A stretch of DNA of 64,000 nt from an uncultured delta proteobacterium (GCA_963802945.1 CAWDKY010000025.1:32001-96000), one strand, 5' to 3'. Shown: positions 39,830 to 51,026, numbered from the stretch's first letter. The notes: generated by a model from the letters alone, not told the origin. Translations and numbers: made by a program.

Positions 39830-40678
39830 ATGGAAGCCTTCTTTCAGCCTATATATTCTTTTTTGCAAGTCTGGGTCCCTTTTGAATGGGCTCAATTTGC
39901 TTTCGTCTGGCGGGCCATAGGGGCTATGTTGATCATTGCCCCCCTCTGCGCTGTTTTGGGGGTTCATGTGGTCAATTTCAGGATGGCTTTTTTTTCCGAT
40001 GCCATAAGCCATTCCACCTTTGCTGGCGTGGCCCTGGGAGTCCTCTGGGGCCTGAATCCCATGTTCACACTGGTAGGATTTGGGATTTTGGCTGGGCTCA
40101 GCATTACCTTGGTCAAGGACCGGTCTGATTTGTCTTCCGATACGGTGATTAGTGTTATTCTGTCGGCTACCGTGGCTATTGGGATTACAGTCCTTTATGC
40201 CCAAAAAGAAACCCGCAATCTCGAAACCTACCTATACGGATCTATTTTAGCTGTCAGTGAATTAAAACTTTTTTTGCTTCTAGTGGTCGGGATTCTTATT
40301 TTTTTGGTTATGATCCCCTTGTTCAATCGGTTGTTGTTAATCAGCCTTAATCACCACCTGGCTGCTTCCCGAGGGGTTCCGGTCAGGGGGTTGGAATATA
40401 TTTTTTCCCTGATACTGGCCGTCATGGTGACCTTCAGTATTCAGGTCATAGGACTTTTTTTGGTCACCGCCATGTTGGTTGTGCCGGCGGCTACAGCCAG
40501 AAATCTGGCTGGAAGCATGTCCGGTTTGTTCTGGGTGGCTGTGATCTCTTCCTTGATAGCGGGTATTGCCGGAATCCTGCTCTCTTTCTATTTGAACGCA
40601 CCGGTTGGGGCGGCTACTATTTTAATCAGCTGTATCTTTTTCCTTTTTTCTTGGATTAAAATAAGATGGTTGTCGTAA
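39830..40678 (+). CDS. znuB: Metal ABC transporter permease
   Basis: AFFSDAISH, YLYGSILAV, VPAATA. Confidence 0.9.
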   Translation: MEAFFQPIYSFLQVWVPFEWAQFAFVWRAIGAMLIIAPLCAVLGVHVVNFRMAFFSDAISHSTFAGVALGVLWGLNPMFTLVGFGILAGLSITLVKDRSDLSSDTVISVILSATVAIGITVLYAQKETRNLETYLYGSILAVSELKLFLLLVVGILIFLVMIPLFNRLLLISLNHHLAASRGVPVRGLEYIFSLILAVMVTFSIQVIGLFLVTAMLVVPAATARNLAGSMSGLFWVAVISSLIAGIAGILLSFYLNAPVGAATILISCIFFLFSWIKIRWLS

Positions 40679-40822
40679 GAGACCTTAACAGGTTGCTGAA
40701 ACCGGGCACCGCCTCGATGGGGTGGGAGTGAGACGAGATGTGGGGCGAACAAAAAGGCCCATTTATCCCGCTAAAGGCGGGACTGGGATATTATTTTAAA
40801 TCAAAACAAAGCATTTTTTCAT

Positions 40823-40851
40823 TTGACATAAAATACCGTTTTGAGTAAAAT
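40823..40851 (+). promoter_or_regulatory. sigma70 promoter for the tRNA pair
   Basis: TTGACA-17 bp-TAAAAT. Confidence 0.8.
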
Positions 40852-40863
40852 ATTTTTATTTGA

Positions 40864-40938
<75 letters not shown>

Positions 40939-40960
40939 GATACAGGGTTCCTGTCTGTAA

Positions 40961-41036
40961 GGCGGCATAGCCAAGTGGCTAAGGCAGCGGTCTGCAAAAC
41001 CGTTATTCACCGGTTCGAGTCCGGTTGCCGCCTCCA
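40961..41036 (+). tRNA. tRNA-Cys(GCA)
   Basis: GGCGGCA/TGCCGCC acceptor stem, CTGCAAA loop, GGTTCGAGTCC, encoded CCA. Confidence 0.97.
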
Positions 41037-41071
41037 TTTTTTTTAAGTCATTGTTTGCCTGCCTTCGAAAC

Positions 41072-41911
41072 ATGAAATCCATTATAGCTTTTTTAATCAT
41101 TGCTCTTTTATTTTTCCCTTCCGTCCTAACTGGGCAGGACAAACCCAATCCTGCGCTGATTTCCTGGCAAACTCTTTCCCCTGGTCTCTCCTTTCTTCGC
41201 TGGGCGGTCCGTTCTGAAAATACCGTAGTGGATACTATAGCCATATTACGCATTCATCCTGAGTACTGGTCATTTAAAGTATTTTTTAACGGGGAACCCA
41301 AAACGATCAAGGAATGGCAGCAGACTACCGGGGCCACCGTCGTTTGCAATGGAGGATTTTATCTGGAAAATTTTCAACCGGCCGGAAGAATTCTGGTTGA
41401 TGGAACCTTCCTGGGACCTCTCAGAAACCGGCACATGAAAGGGATGTTCCTGGCTGAACCTAAAAAAGATTTTGAGCATCTTCCCAAAGCGGTTTTAATT
41501 GATTTAAAAGACAATGACAGCGAGGAGCGAATTTCTTCCTACCTGCAGGGGATTCAGTCTTTTCCCATCCTCTTGGATCCTAAAGGGCAGGTCCGGGTAA
41601 ATCCAAGCAGTTTTCAGACCAACAGAACAGTCTTGGCCCAGGATCGATTAGGGTATATTTATCTTTTAGTAACGGAGAAGCCCTATTTTACCCTTTATGA
41701 TTTTGGAAATTATTTAAAAGGTCTCCCTTTTGGATTTAAATTCATTTTAAATTTAGATGGAGGGTCTCGAACTCAATTATTAATTAAAGCCAATACGTTT
41801 AAATATTTTTCCAGCGGTCAGGGGGAAGGGAAAGACCCTTCACGTCTCTTTTTCCCAGAGGCTGTCAAGCTTCCTTCAGTGATCGGTATTTTCCCGAGAG
41901 GCCGCCGTTGA
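41072..41911 (+). CDS. Phosphodiester glycosidase (NAGPA-like) family exported protein
   Basis: NGGFY, RTVLAQD, LNLDGGS; signal peptide from MKSII. Confidence 0.8.
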   Translation: MKSIIAFLIIALLFFPSVLTGQDKPNPALISWQTLSPGLSFLRWAVRSENTVVDTIAILRIHPEYWSFKVFFNGEPKTIKEWQQTTGATVVCNGGFYLENFQPAGRILVDGTFLGPLRNRHMKGMFLAEPKKDFEHLPKAVLIDLKDNDSEERISSYLQGIQSFPILLDPKGQVRVNPSSFQTNRTVLAQDRLGYIYLLVTEKPYFTLYDFGNYLKGLPFGFKFILNLDGGSRTQLLIKANTFKYFSSGQGEGKDPSRLFFPEAVKLPSVIGIFPRGRR

Positions 41912-42549
41912 CCCAGGTGTTTATAGTCGGATTCGGTAAGTTTGGGAAAATGGCCCTGGCCCAATGGGTTCGTCTATGGGGAAAGGCCCGGATCTGGATT
42001 ATTGATTCGCGGCCGGAAGCCTTGATAGACCGAGGTCCTTTTCCGGGAATCCGTGTCTTGGCTGACGGCCCGCAATTTTTATCAGACTATCAAGTATGGA
42101 TTAAAGATGAAGATTGGGTCATTCCCGCTTTGCCGGTTCATCTGGCCTGGAAATGGTTGGGTCTAAATTTAAAAACCCGGCTAAGGCCTAAAGCCATATT
42201 GCCCCCTCAAAGTTTGGGTTTAGACCTACCTTATTGTCGAACCGACAGAAAAGGCCTCTATTTAAGTTATGCCGACTTTATCTGTCCTGAAAATTGTCCC
42301 GCCCCCCTTGGCCACTGTTTTAAAACCAAGGAGAAGCGAGCTGTTCCTCTCTGGAAATCCCTGGCCGAGCAATCATCCCCAAAGGGGACCTTGGAGGTTA
42401 TTGAAAGTCGACAAATAGCACCGGGATTGGGTGGATATGCCTTTAAGGAATTAAGAAGGATCGGTAAACTGGCTAAAAAAGCCGGCCCCCCTTTTTTTGT
42501 GGCCACGGCCTGCCGCTGTCACGGAGTGATTCACGGAGCGACCTGGTAA
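41908..42549 (+). CDS. Hypothetical protein with an N-terminal Rossmann-like motif and conserved-looking Cys residues
   Basis: IVGFGKFG; SYADFICPENC; ATACRCHGV. Confidence 0.65.
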   Translation: MTQVFIVGFGKFGKMALAQWVRLWGKARIWIIDSRPEALIDRGPFPGIRVLADGPQFLSDYQVWIKDEDWVIPALPVHLAWKWLGLNLKTRLRPKAILPPQSLGLDLPYCRTDRKGLYLSYADFICPENCPAPLGHCFKTKEKRAVPLWKSLAEQSSPKGTLEVIESRQIAPGLGGYAFKELRRIGKLAKKAGPPFFVATACRCHGVIHGATW

Positions 42550-42713
42550 GAGAGTGAAGGGGAGAGTTAGAAAAAAATTAGTCAGAATGGAAGGGGTCTT
42601 TTTTCTGGTTTTTCTTGACTTAATGAGAGGAGAATGATAATTTACTACTATTAATAATTACTATTTTTTAACCGCCCTGGAATTCATTACAAGTCATAGA
42701 AAGGAGCCGGGAG

Positions 42714-43202
42714 ATGATATTAAAAAAGGGTTTCAAAGTATTGAGATGGATGGTTGTCTGTTTTGGCTTGATGGGACTCATGCTGGGCTGCGGCAGTGTC
42801 CTTAATGAGCAAAAGAAGGAATCTTCTACCTCAGTGACAGTCCCCCAACCTCAGCCCGACAAAAAGCTGGACCGTCCGGATGCCAGATATTACGATTTTG
42901 AAGATATCCAAATCCCCAATGAACTTAAACAGGATACCAAAAAAACCCAGGTTTTTCAATCCCCCAATTTGCTTGCCGGGGTCGAGGTATTTGATGGTAA
43001 TGTGGAAGTGAAATCATTGAGCAATTATTTTAAAGACGCCATGGCCCGTGACAACTGGCAGGCCAAAGGGAATTTTAAACTGCCTCCCAAAACGGTTTTA
43101 TTGTTTGAAAAAAAGAACAAGCGTAGTTTCTTTTTTATTGAAGAGACTATGTTTAACACCCATGTTGAGATTTGGGTGATCCCAACCCAGGAGGGACAGT
43201 AG
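42714..43202 (+). CDS. Hypothetical lipoprotein
   Basis: Lipobox LGC, RBS GGAG. Confidence 0.75.
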   Translation: MILKKGFKVLRWMVVCFGLMGLMLGCGSVLNEQKKESSTSVTVPQPQPDKKLDRPDARYYDFEDIQIPNELKQDTKKTQVFQSPNLLAGVEVFDGNVEVKSLSNYFKDAMARDNWQAKGNFKLPPKTVLLFEKKNKRSFFFIEETMFNTHVEIWVIPTQEGQ

Positions 43203-43298
43203 GGGAATCTACGACTTTTGCCCTTTTTACTTTGCCTATAGTTAATTTGAAAAATGTACGATTTGCGTAGGACGACAGGCTAAAGTCAACACCCAATT

Positions 43299-44522
43299 GT
43301 GGCAAATTTTATGCTTAAAGACAAGCACATTGTTTTGGGCATCAGCGGCGGGATAGCAGCCTTTAAGACCGTTGAATTACTTCGCCGCCTTTCCGATGGT
43401 GAGGCCCAAGTGGCGGTGGTCATGACCCGGAATGCTCAGCGGTTCATTACCCCCTTGACCTTTCAGGCCTTGACCCCTTATGGAGTCTATGCTGACCTTT
43501 TCGATTCTTACAGTCCTGGGGCCATGAATCATATCGAGTTGGCCGGATGGGCGGACCTGATCATCCTGGCCCCAGCTACAGCCAATCTGATCGCCAAGGC
43601 GGCCCACGGCCTGGCCGATGATTTGCTTTCCACCTTTCTTTTGGCCTGTCCGGCACCCAAACTGTTTTGTCCGGCCATGAACGTTCGAATGTATGAAAAT
43701 CCCGTTGTCCAATCTAATTTAAAAATGCTAAAAAAATTCGGCCATCGAGTCCTGGAGCCTTCCTCAGGGCCTTTGGCCTGTGGACAAACAGGGCCGGGAC
43801 GTCTGCCGGATCCGGAAGTCATCCTTGAAGAAGTCCTTAATCTGTTTTCTCCCCAAGACCTGAAAGGAGAAGAGGTACTGATAACGGCTGGCTGTACATG
43901 GGAAGCCATAGACCCAGTCCGATTTATTGCTAATCCCTCGACCGGCAAGATGGGTTTTTCTCTGGCCCGGGTGGCCCGGAGGAGGGGGGCTGAGGTTACC
44001 TTGATCACCGGACCGACCTATCTGGAAACGGTGCCCGGTGTTTCAACCATTCGAGTCACCTCGGCCCTGGAAATGGAAAAAGAGGTCATGAAGGCTTTTC
44101 CCACGGCCTCTATTGTCATCAAGGCCGCCGCTGTTTCTGATTATCGTCCGCAAGAGGTTACCCCCCATAAAATAAAAAAGAAGGGGCAAACCTCTCTTCA
44201 TTTAACCTTGATCCAAAATCCGGATATCCTCAAGCGGTTGGGACAAAAGAAAAAAAATCAATTTCTGGTGGGATTTGCCGCTGAAACAGAAGATCTCATT
44301 AACAATGCCCTTCAGAAGCTGAAAGAGAAAAATCTGGATTTGATTGTGGCCAATCCTATCGGAAAGCCGGATGCCGGTTTCGGCTATGATACCAATCAGG
44401 TCCTTTTCCTTTTTCCTGACGGGAAAACCAAGTTTTTGCCGCTGATGCCCAAGGATGAAGTGGCCAGCCTCATTTTTGATAATATTGTCAATCGCAAAAA
44501 TAAGAAGCTCAAAAAATCGTGA
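43299..44522 (+). CDS. coaBC: Phosphopantothenoylcysteine decarboxylase/ligase
   Basis: [43 protein letters not shown]. Confidence 0.96.
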   Translation: MANFMLKDKHIVLGISGGIAAFKTVELLRRLSDGEAQVAVVMTRNAQRFITPLTFQALTPYGVYADLFDSYSPGAMNHIELAGWADLIILAPATANLIAKAAHGLADDLLSTFLLACPAPKLFCPAMNVRMYENPVVQSNLKMLKKFGHRVLEPSSGPLACGQTGPGRLPDPEVILEEVLNLFSPQDLKGEEVLITAGCTWEAIDPVRFIANPSTGKMGFSLARVARRRGAEVTLITGPTYLETVPGVSTIRVTSALEMEKEVMKAFPTASIVIKAAAVSDYRPQEVTPHKIKKKGQTSLHLTLIQNPDILKRLGQKKKNQFLVGFAAETEDLINNALQKLKEKNLDLIVANPIGKPDAGFGYDTNQVLFLFPDGKTKFLPLMPKDEVASLIFDNIVNRKNKKLKKS

Positions 44523-45232
44523 CGGTTTCCGATATGTATCCAGCCGGCCTCGATCAATTCGTAGGACAGCTCAAAGAACTTCTTGAACTTCAAAAAGACT
44601 GGGGGAGGCCATTTTTACCCTGGCCAAAAAAAAACCGAGAGCTATCGGGCCATACCCGTCATTCATCTGACCACTTCGAATCGATCCCGGATTTAAACAG
44701 GACGATACTTGAATGTCAAAAATGCCGTTTATTCCGGAATCGGCTTCAGGCCGTCCCGGGGCAGGGGACTTCAAATTCCCGTCTGATGTTTATTGGGGAA
44801 GGCCCTGGGTTTGAAGAAGATCGACAAGGCCGCCCTTTTGTCGGACCGGCCGGGCAACTGTTGACAAAAATGATTCAAGCCATTGAATTGCGCCGGGAGG
44901 ATGTCTATATTACCAACATGGTCAAGTGTCGCCCTCCGGAAAACCGGGTACCCTTGGAGGAGGAGGTTGAGGCCTGCCGGCCCTTTATCGAAGAAGAAAT
45001 TCGGTTGATCGATCCTCAAATCCTGGTTCCCCTCGGTAATTCCGCTGCTCAGGCCTTAACCCGATCAAAGAAGAAAATTTCAGACTTGAGAGGACACCTA
45101 TTTGATTTAAACGGCAGGCAACTCATACCAAGTTTTCATCCGGCGTATCTCCTCAGAAATCCTGAATTTAAACGGGAAGCCTGGGAGGATTTGAAAAAAA
45201 TCAGGCGTATTTATGATGGATTGGAAAAATAA
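44519..45232 (+). CDS. Uracil-DNA glycosylase family 4
   Basis: CQKC, GEGPG..ED..GRPFVG, KCRPPENR, HPAYLLR. Confidence 0.93.
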   Translation: MTVSDMYPAGLDQFVGQLKELLELQKDWGRPFLPWPKKNRELSGHTRHSSDHFESIPDLNRTILECQKCRLFRNRLQAVPGQGTSNSRLMFIGEGPGFEEDRQGRPFVGPAGQLLTKMIQAIELRREDVYITNMVKCRPPENRVPLEEEVEACRPFIEEEIRLIDPQILVPLGNSAAQALTRSKKKISDLRGHLFDLNGRQLIPSFHPAYLLRNPEFKREAWEDLKKIRRIYDGLEK

Positions 45233-45360
45233 AGTTCGGAGTTGCGGATTGCGGATTGCGGATTTTTAATGATGGACTGGGGACGACCTTTTCGCTAAGA
45301 CAAGGGATGACCTATCATCCGCCCTTCCGCGTCCAACATCCCTCGTCCAACATCCCTCGT
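45232..45360. repeat. Heptamer array (TTGCGGA) and downstream partner repeats
   Basis: agttcgg agttgcgg attgcgg attgcgg att; gtccaacatccctc x2. Confidence 0.7.
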
Positions 45361-46656
45361 TTCTCCTATTTCGTTTTAGCCCTAATTTTCCTGGTGGTCT
45401 TATTGTCGTGGTCTCTAGCCGTGCAGGCCTCCGAAAAGCCACCCATCTATGTCATTACCATTGCCGGTTCCATCAATCCTCCGGTGGCTGATTTTATAAC
45501 CCGATCCATCACTAAGTCCGAAAAAGACAAGGCGGCCGTCCTGGTGATTCAACTGGATACACCCGGAGGTCTGGATTCTTCTATGCGGGCCATTGTTCAG
45601 GGGCTTTTAAACGCTCAGATTCCAATAATCGTCTTTGTCTCTCCCAGCGGGGCCCGTGCGGCTTCGGCCGGGGTATTGGTTGTCCTGGCTGCTGATCTGG
45701 CGGCTATGTCCCCGGGGACCAATATCGGAGCTGCCCATCCAGTTAATGTTGGCGGTAAAGACATTGATAAGACCATGGCCCAAAAGGTTGAAAAGGACAT
45801 GGTAGCCTATGTGCGCAGTATTGCTGATCAACGAAAGCGCAATGCGGATTGGGTTGAATCGGCAGTTTCAAAAAGTGAATCCATCACTGCTGAAAAGGCC
45901 GTGGAACTCAAAGTGATCGACCTGGTGGCCAATGATCTAACGGACTTGCTGCAAAAATCTGACGCCCGGCAGATTACCACTTCCAAACAACCGAAGATGA
46001 TCCGGACCCAGGGTCTTCCGGTTGTCTATCTCAAAGAAAATTTTCGTGACCGTATCCTTCGGACCATCAGTGACCCTAATCTGGCTTACATATTGATGAT
46101 GCTGGGCATGATGGGCATTTTTTTTGAATTAGCCCATCCCGGGGGCATTTTCCCCGGAGTCATCGGTGGGATATGTCTGATTCTGGCCTTTTTTGCCCTG
46201 CAGACCTTGCCGGTCAATTATGCCGGAGTCCTTCTCATTTTTCTGTCCATTGTCTTTTTTATCGCCGAGATCAAGGTGATCAGCCACGGTCTATTGACCG
46301 TGGCCGGTATTGTTTCTTTAACGCTCGGCTCTCTGATGCTATTCAAAACAGGGGAGGGGCAAATGGGGGTTTCTCTTCAGGTCCTGATTACAACGGTTTT
46401 GGTTATCTCCGGATTTTTTGTTTTTGTTATCGCCTTGGCTGTAAAGGCCTACCGAAGGAAACCGCAGACTGGGGATCAGGGGATTATCAAAGAAGTGGGA
46501 CGGGTGCATCAAAAAATTACCCCAGACAATCCGGGAAAAGTTTTCGTCCATGGAGAAATCTGGAATGCGAGCTCCGAAGAAATCATTGAACCCGGAGAAG
46601 TCGTGGAAGTAGAAAACATCGAAAATCTGGTGCTGAAAGTGAAACGAAAGCAATAG
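45307..46656 (+). CDS. nfeD: NfeD family membrane-bound serine protease (start uncertain)
   Basis: LDTPGG, ARAASAG, NIGAAHPV, TM block, GKVFVHGEIWNA. Confidence 0.92.
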   Translation: MTYHPPFRVQHPSSNIPRFSYFVLALIFLVVLLSWSLAVQASEKPPIYVITIAGSINPPVADFITRSITKSEKDKAAVLVIQLDTPGGLDSSMRAIVQGLLNAQIPIIVFVSPSGARAASAGVLVVLAADLAAMSPGTNIGAAHPVNVGGKDIDKTMAQKVEKDMVAYVRSIADQRKRNADWVESAVSKSESITAEKAVELKVIDLVANDLTDLLQKSDARQITTSKQPKMIRTQGLPVVYLKENFRDRILRTISDPNLAYILMMLGMMGIFFELAHPGGIFPGVIGGICLILAFFALQTLPVNYAGVLLIFLSIVFFIAEIKVISHGLLTVAGIVSLTLGSLMLFKTGEGQMGVSLQVLITTVLVISGFFVFVIALAVKAYRRKPQTGDQGIIKEVGRVHQKITPDNPGKVFVHGEIWNASSEEIIEPGEVVEVENIENLVLKVKRKQ

Positions 46657-46671
46657 TATGTCTAATTCAAA

Positions 46672-46760
46672 AGGGCGATGAACGATGCCCGATGCCCGAT
46701 GCCTGATAAAAACCGGGGATGACAGTCGGCATCCTGGAATCCGCAATCTACTATCAACAA
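46672..46760. repeat. Heptamer array (CGATGCC) between nfeD and the SPFH gene
   Basis: cgatgaa cgatgcc cgatgcc cgatgcc ... cggcatcctggaatccgcaatc. Confidence 0.7.
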
Positions 46761-46780
46761 TTAAAAGAAAGGAGTTTATT

Positions 46781-47545
46781 ATGTACTTCCTGGCAGCCAT
46801 TATTATTCTGGTTATCTTCTTTTTAAGCAGTGCCATACGTATCTTAAACGAATATGAACGAGGCGTCATTTTCCGCCTGGGGCGGGTGTTGGGGTCGAAA
46901 GGACCGGGATTGATTCTCCTGATTCCCATTGTTGATAAAATGATTAAAGTGGATTTGCGGACTGTGACCATGGATGTTCCGCCACAGGACGTTATCACTC
47001 GGGACAATGTCTCCGTGAAGGTCAATGCCGTGGTTTACTTTCGCGTCATGGATGCCGTCAAGGCCACCATCGAAGTTCAGCAATATCTTTATGCCACCTC
47101 TCAGTTGGCCCAAACCACTTTGCGCAGTGTCTGCGGCCAGGCGGAATTGGATAAGATCCTGTCGGAACGGGAAAAGGTCAATACGGAAATACAGGAAATC
47201 CTGGATATGCATACCGATCCCTGGGGAATTAAGGTGACGGTCGTAGAAGTGAAACAAATCGATCTGCCCCAGGAGATGCAACGGGCCATGGCCAAGCAGG
47301 CCGAGGCCGAACGGGAAAGAAGGGCCAAGGTCATCAACGCTGAAGGGGAATTCCAGGCTGCTTCCCGCATGGCCGATGCCGCCGGCATCATTGAAGCCCA
47401 CCCGATTGCCCTTCAACTTCGCTATCTCCAGACCTTAAGGGAAGTGGCTTCGGAGCATAATTCAACCACCCTTTTTCCCATCCCCATTGATCTTTTTAAG
47501 CCGTTTTTAAAAATGGCGGAATTAGCTGAAACAAAAAAAGGATAA
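46781..47545 (+). CDS. SPFH/stomatin-like (slipin) protein
   Basis: [42 protein letters not shown]; RBS AGGAG before ATG 46781. Confidence 0.95.
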   Translation: MYFLAAIIILVIFFLSSAIRILNEYERGVIFRLGRVLGSKGPGLILLIPIVDKMIKVDLRTVTMDVPPQDVITRDNVSVKVNAVVYFRVMDAVKATIEVQQYLYATSQLAQTTLRSVCGQAELDKILSEREKVNTEIQEILDMHTDPWGIKVTVVEVKQIDLPQEMQRAMAKQAEAERERRAKVINAEGEFQAASRMADAAGIIEAHPIALQLRYLQTLREVASEHNSTTLFPIPIDLFKPFLKMAELAETKKG

Positions 47546-47560
47546 AGGAGAAAAGGCATT

Positions 47561-47890
47561 ATGAGTAAAAAAGAAAGGGCCGAAAAAAAAGAAAAACCTT
47601 TGGAAAAAATGACGGCCAAGGAACTGCGTGATGTGGCTTTGACCATTCCCGAGATATCCGGCGTTCACGGGATGAATAAAGAGGAAGTCCTGGCGGCCAT
47701 TAAAAAGGCCCGAGGGATAAAAGAAGATTCCGGCAAAAAAGGGGATCGATCTATGCGCCAATTGAAAGAGAAGATAATGGAGCTACGGAAAAAGAAATTG
47801 GAAGCCCGAGAGAAAAAGGATAAAAAAGGCATTGATCAATTAAGACGCCGGATCAGCCGTTTGAAAAAGAAGACTCGGAAAGCAGCCTAA
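47561..47890 (+). CDS. Small basic protein with a Rho N-terminal-like domain
   Basis: LEKMTAKELRDVA..I..ISGVHGMNKEE. Confidence 0.7.
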   Translation: MSKKERAEKKEKPLEKMTAKELRDVALTIPEISGVHGMNKEEVLAAIKKARGIKEDSGKKGDRSMRQLKEKIMELRKKKLEAREKKDKKGIDQLRRRISRLKKKTRKAA

Positions 47891-47896
47891 AAAAAG

Positions 47897-48040
47897 AAAG
47901 GATTCAAGGATTCCAGGGGTCAAGGATTCAAGGGATTTTTCTTGGAAGAAACGGTTAAGAACGATCTCTTTAAGTTATTTGAGAAATCGTTAAAAAAGGC
48001 AATCCCTGATTCCTGGAATCCTCGACCCCTGGAATTCTAC
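47897..48040. repeat. Inverted octamer arrays (GGATTCAA / TTGAATCC-like)
   Basis: aaggattc aaggattc caggggtc aaggattc ... cctggaatcctcgacccctggaattc. Confidence 0.75.
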
Positions 48041-48046
48041 TTTTTC

Positions 48047-49312
48047 ATGATAACCCTTTCCATCCCCTATGGCAACAAAACTCTCCCGCTTAAGATCCCA
48101 AAGAAAAACTGGGGAGAGCTTCTTGCTCCCCGGGAAATTCAGGCCATCTCTTTTGAAACAGGAATAAAAAAGGCCCTTGAACATCCCCTGAACTCCCCAC
48201 GCTTGTCTGAATTTTTAAAAGGATGCCGGTCGTTATTGGTCATCGTCAATGATGAAACCCGGCCGACCCCAACCGGCCGAGTCTTGGAATTCCTCTGGCC
48301 GGAACTTGCTCCTTACCCGTTGAAGATCATGGTGGCTACCGGAATACATAAAAAGAGCAGTGAAGAAGGGTGCCTCCGTATCTTTGATCCCCTATGGCCG
48401 GAAGTTAGGAATAAACTTATGTTCCATGACTGCCGGCAGGAACGGGGCATGGTCTTCCTTGGGGAAACAACCCGTGGAACGCGGGTTATGGTCAATCAAG
48501 AGATTGTGATGGCCGACCGGCTGTTGGTCATCGGTTCCGTGGAACCCCATTATTTTGCCGGTTATACCGGAGGCAGAAAAACGGTTATCCCTGGAGTGGC
48601 GGCCTATTCTTCCATTGTGGCCAATCACTCCCTGGCTATGGAGCTGGAAGCCCAACCGCTGCGTCTGGCTGGCAATCCGGTGCATGAAGATCTGGAAGAG
48701 GCCCTGCGATTAATGCCGGTTCCGCCTATCTTTTCCCTGATGCTGGTTCTGACTCCGGAACATCAGCTTTATGCTGCCTTCAGCGGTTCCATTCAGAAAA
48801 CCTTGATGGCCTCTGCTCAAAAGGCCGATGAGGTCTTCACGCTCCCTTTTCAAAACAAAGCGGATATTTTGATCAGCGTTGCTTTGCCACCTTTGGATAT
48901 CGATCTTTATCAATCCCAAAAGCCCATTGAACATGGAAAAATGGCCTTAAAGGAGGACGGCATTCTGATCCTGGTCATGCCGTGCCCTCAGGGTCCGGGT
49001 CCGGCAGACTTTCAAGAATTGATCCGGCAAACCGGCGACTTGCAAAAGGCTCGGGCATTGCTTGACCAACCTTATCGTTTGGGGAATCATAGAGTCATCA
49101 GGAATTTAAAATTCCTGGAGCAGGGTGGGCAGATCTGGGGCCTAACGGATTTGGATCCCCATTTCTTATCCCAAACCTTTATCAAGCCTATGCCTTCTTT
49201 GCAAGAGGCCATAGACGCGGCTTTGGCGCAAAAGGGCAGGGCGGCCAGGGTGAATATCCTATTCAATGCCGGCCTTTGCGTTCCGAAACAACGAAACAAG
49301 CTATTCCAATAG
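48047..49312 (+). CDS. Nickel-pincer-dependent lactate racemase (LarA) family protein
   Basis: VNDETRPTP, ATGIH, HD, GETTRGT, PHYFAGYTGGRK, NH, LYQSQK. Confidence 0.88.
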   Translation: MITLSIPYGNKTLPLKIPKKNWGELLAPREIQAISFETGIKKALEHPLNSPRLSEFLKGCRSLLVIVNDETRPTPTGRVLEFLWPELAPYPLKIMVATGIHKKSSEEGCLRIFDPLWPEVRNKLMFHDCRQERGMVFLGETTRGTRVMVNQEIVMADRLLVIGSVEPHYFAGYTGGRKTVIPGVAAYSSIVANHSLAMELEAQPLRLAGNPVHEDLEEALRLMPVPPIFSLMLVLTPEHQLYAAFSGSIQKTLMASAQKADEVFTLPFQNKADILISVALPPLDIDLYQSQKPIEHGKMALKEDGILILVMPCPQGPGPADFQELIRQTGDLQKARALLDQPYRLGNHRVIRNLKFLEQGGQIWGLTDLDPHFLSQTFIKPMPSLQEAIDAALAQKGRAARVNILFNAGLCVPKQRNKLFQ

Positions 49313-50015
49313 CAACCGCGTTCGCACACCAGTTTGGGCCCGTGGCCGGTTATGGAGGCGGCCGATATCTTGTAGCTTGGAACGATAGCCGGGAAACTGT
49401 TGGCGCCATCTATGGCCAGGTTTTGGAGCAGGCGAAAGTTTCCCAATCTGTCCGTCAGACAGTCTATAAACTGAAGAAGGCGGATTGGACGGTGGAAACC
49501 GCACCGATCATGACTTATGCAAATGCCGGACTCGCGTTCTCGGCAAAAGATTCGTGGGTATTTGGTGAATCGGACGCATACCATTACCAGAATGGCATAT
49601 GGAAAGCTGAGGCGATATTCCCCGTATCACATCTGTACGGTTCTTGGGCGAGTGGACCAATTGACATATGGGTTACAGGTTGGTGTGGTGGATTTAGCCA
49701 CTATAATGGTCAAGTATGGACATATAAGAACTGTACATGGGGTGGTGATGAAAACCCACATACTGCAACTGCCTTGTGGGGTACCGATTCGACAAATCTA
49801 TGAGCAACTAAAAACAATGGAAAGCTGATCCATTACGATGGTATTACTAATATGGGATATTATTTGATAGTGGTTTATCGTTTGATCTATCGGATTTATG
49901 GGGCACCTCGGCCAGTAATATCTATGCCGTAGGCGAGCGAGGCACTGTGTTGCACTACGATGGCACGACTTGGAGTCAGCAGACAGGTATTCCGACGATT
50001 CAGAGATTAAATGAC
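49276..50015 (+). pseudogene. Fragmented beta-propeller-like extracellular protein remnant
   Basis: Repeats WASGPIDIWVTG..HYNG, LWGT..N, IHYDG, LWGTSASNIYAVG..LHYDGTTW spread over several frames; no start or RBS. Confidence 0.65.
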
Positions 50016-50387
50016 CGTATAAAAGAGGTTATCCAGCGTTTTGTCCTTAACGCGACCCTCAAGCTTATCTTTCCTTTGTTCTCCACTGCTTATCATAGCC
50101 TACCTCCTGTTTCCTTCACTTTACCAGCTACAGGTCAGGTGGGCTAAAGGTTAATCGTTAATTTTCTGGTCTATCTTTTTAAAACAGTTGTAAGTGAAAA
50201 TCGTAGGAAGAGTTATCTGGACACTGTCCGTCAACCCAAATACTAGTCAGAACATTTATGTCACTCTAAGTGAAGTTTGGATTTTAACAAAATATCGATC
50301 ATTTTTTTTCGTTGGGAAAGCTGTGTGATGCCGCATCCCCTTGAGGTAAGGTCTGCCTATGTTCTTTTGAAGCGGTCTTAAAAAAGT

Positions 50388-51026
50388 CTAAACTGTTTTT
50401 TTCTCAGCCAGCTTGACGATCATTGCTATGATCGTTGGGAAGGCGAATAGGCTTGAGTCAATGCAAAGGTGATAGTTTCGGGCATCCGTCCAATCGACCC
50501 CGGCCATATCTCGTATGAACTTGGCCCTGATGTGGTCCGATTCTTTAAGTCTGGCCTGAACTTCCTTTTTGTCTTTTATGTTTTGAGCCTTCATTATCCG
50601 TTCAATTCGAAATTCCAGCGGGGCGTGGACAAATACCCGAATCACTTCAGGGCGATTTTTCAGGGTATTAAATCCCCCTCGACCTACGATCACGGCACTG
50701 TATCGGTCGGCGATCTCGTTCATGATTTTACACTCCACGGAAAACAATTCCCTGTGGTCCACCGGCCGCCGCTGAGGCAAGGGAAGGGATATTTCCGGCA
50801 GGCCGAAAGAAAAACCTTTCATGATCGTCTCTAAAAGGCTGGCCGATCTTCCATCCAGATGTTCAAGCGCCCCGGCATCCGTCCCAAGACGTTCAGCCGC
50901 TTGGCGTAATATCTCCCGGTCAATGTACTTGAAACCGAGTTCTTTGGCCGCCGAATAACCGATATAAGACCCGCCGCTTCCCATCTGCCTCGAGATAGTT
51001 ATGGTTATAGGTGATTTTTCCATCAT
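50388..51026 (-). CDS. Cytidylate kinase-like family protein
   Basis: ITISRQMGSGG, VIVGRG, YHLCIDS. Confidence 0.88.
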   Translation of the reverse strand: MMEKSPITITISRQMGSGGSYIGYSAAKELGFKYIDREILRQAAERLGTDAGALEHLDGRSASLLETIMKGFSFGLPEISLPLPQRRPVDHRELFSVECKIMNEIADRYSAVIVGRGGFNTLKNRPEVIRVFVHAPLEFRIERIMKAQNIKDKKEVQARLKESDHIRAKFIRDMAGVDWTDARNYHLCIDSSLFAFPTIIAMIVKLAEKKTV

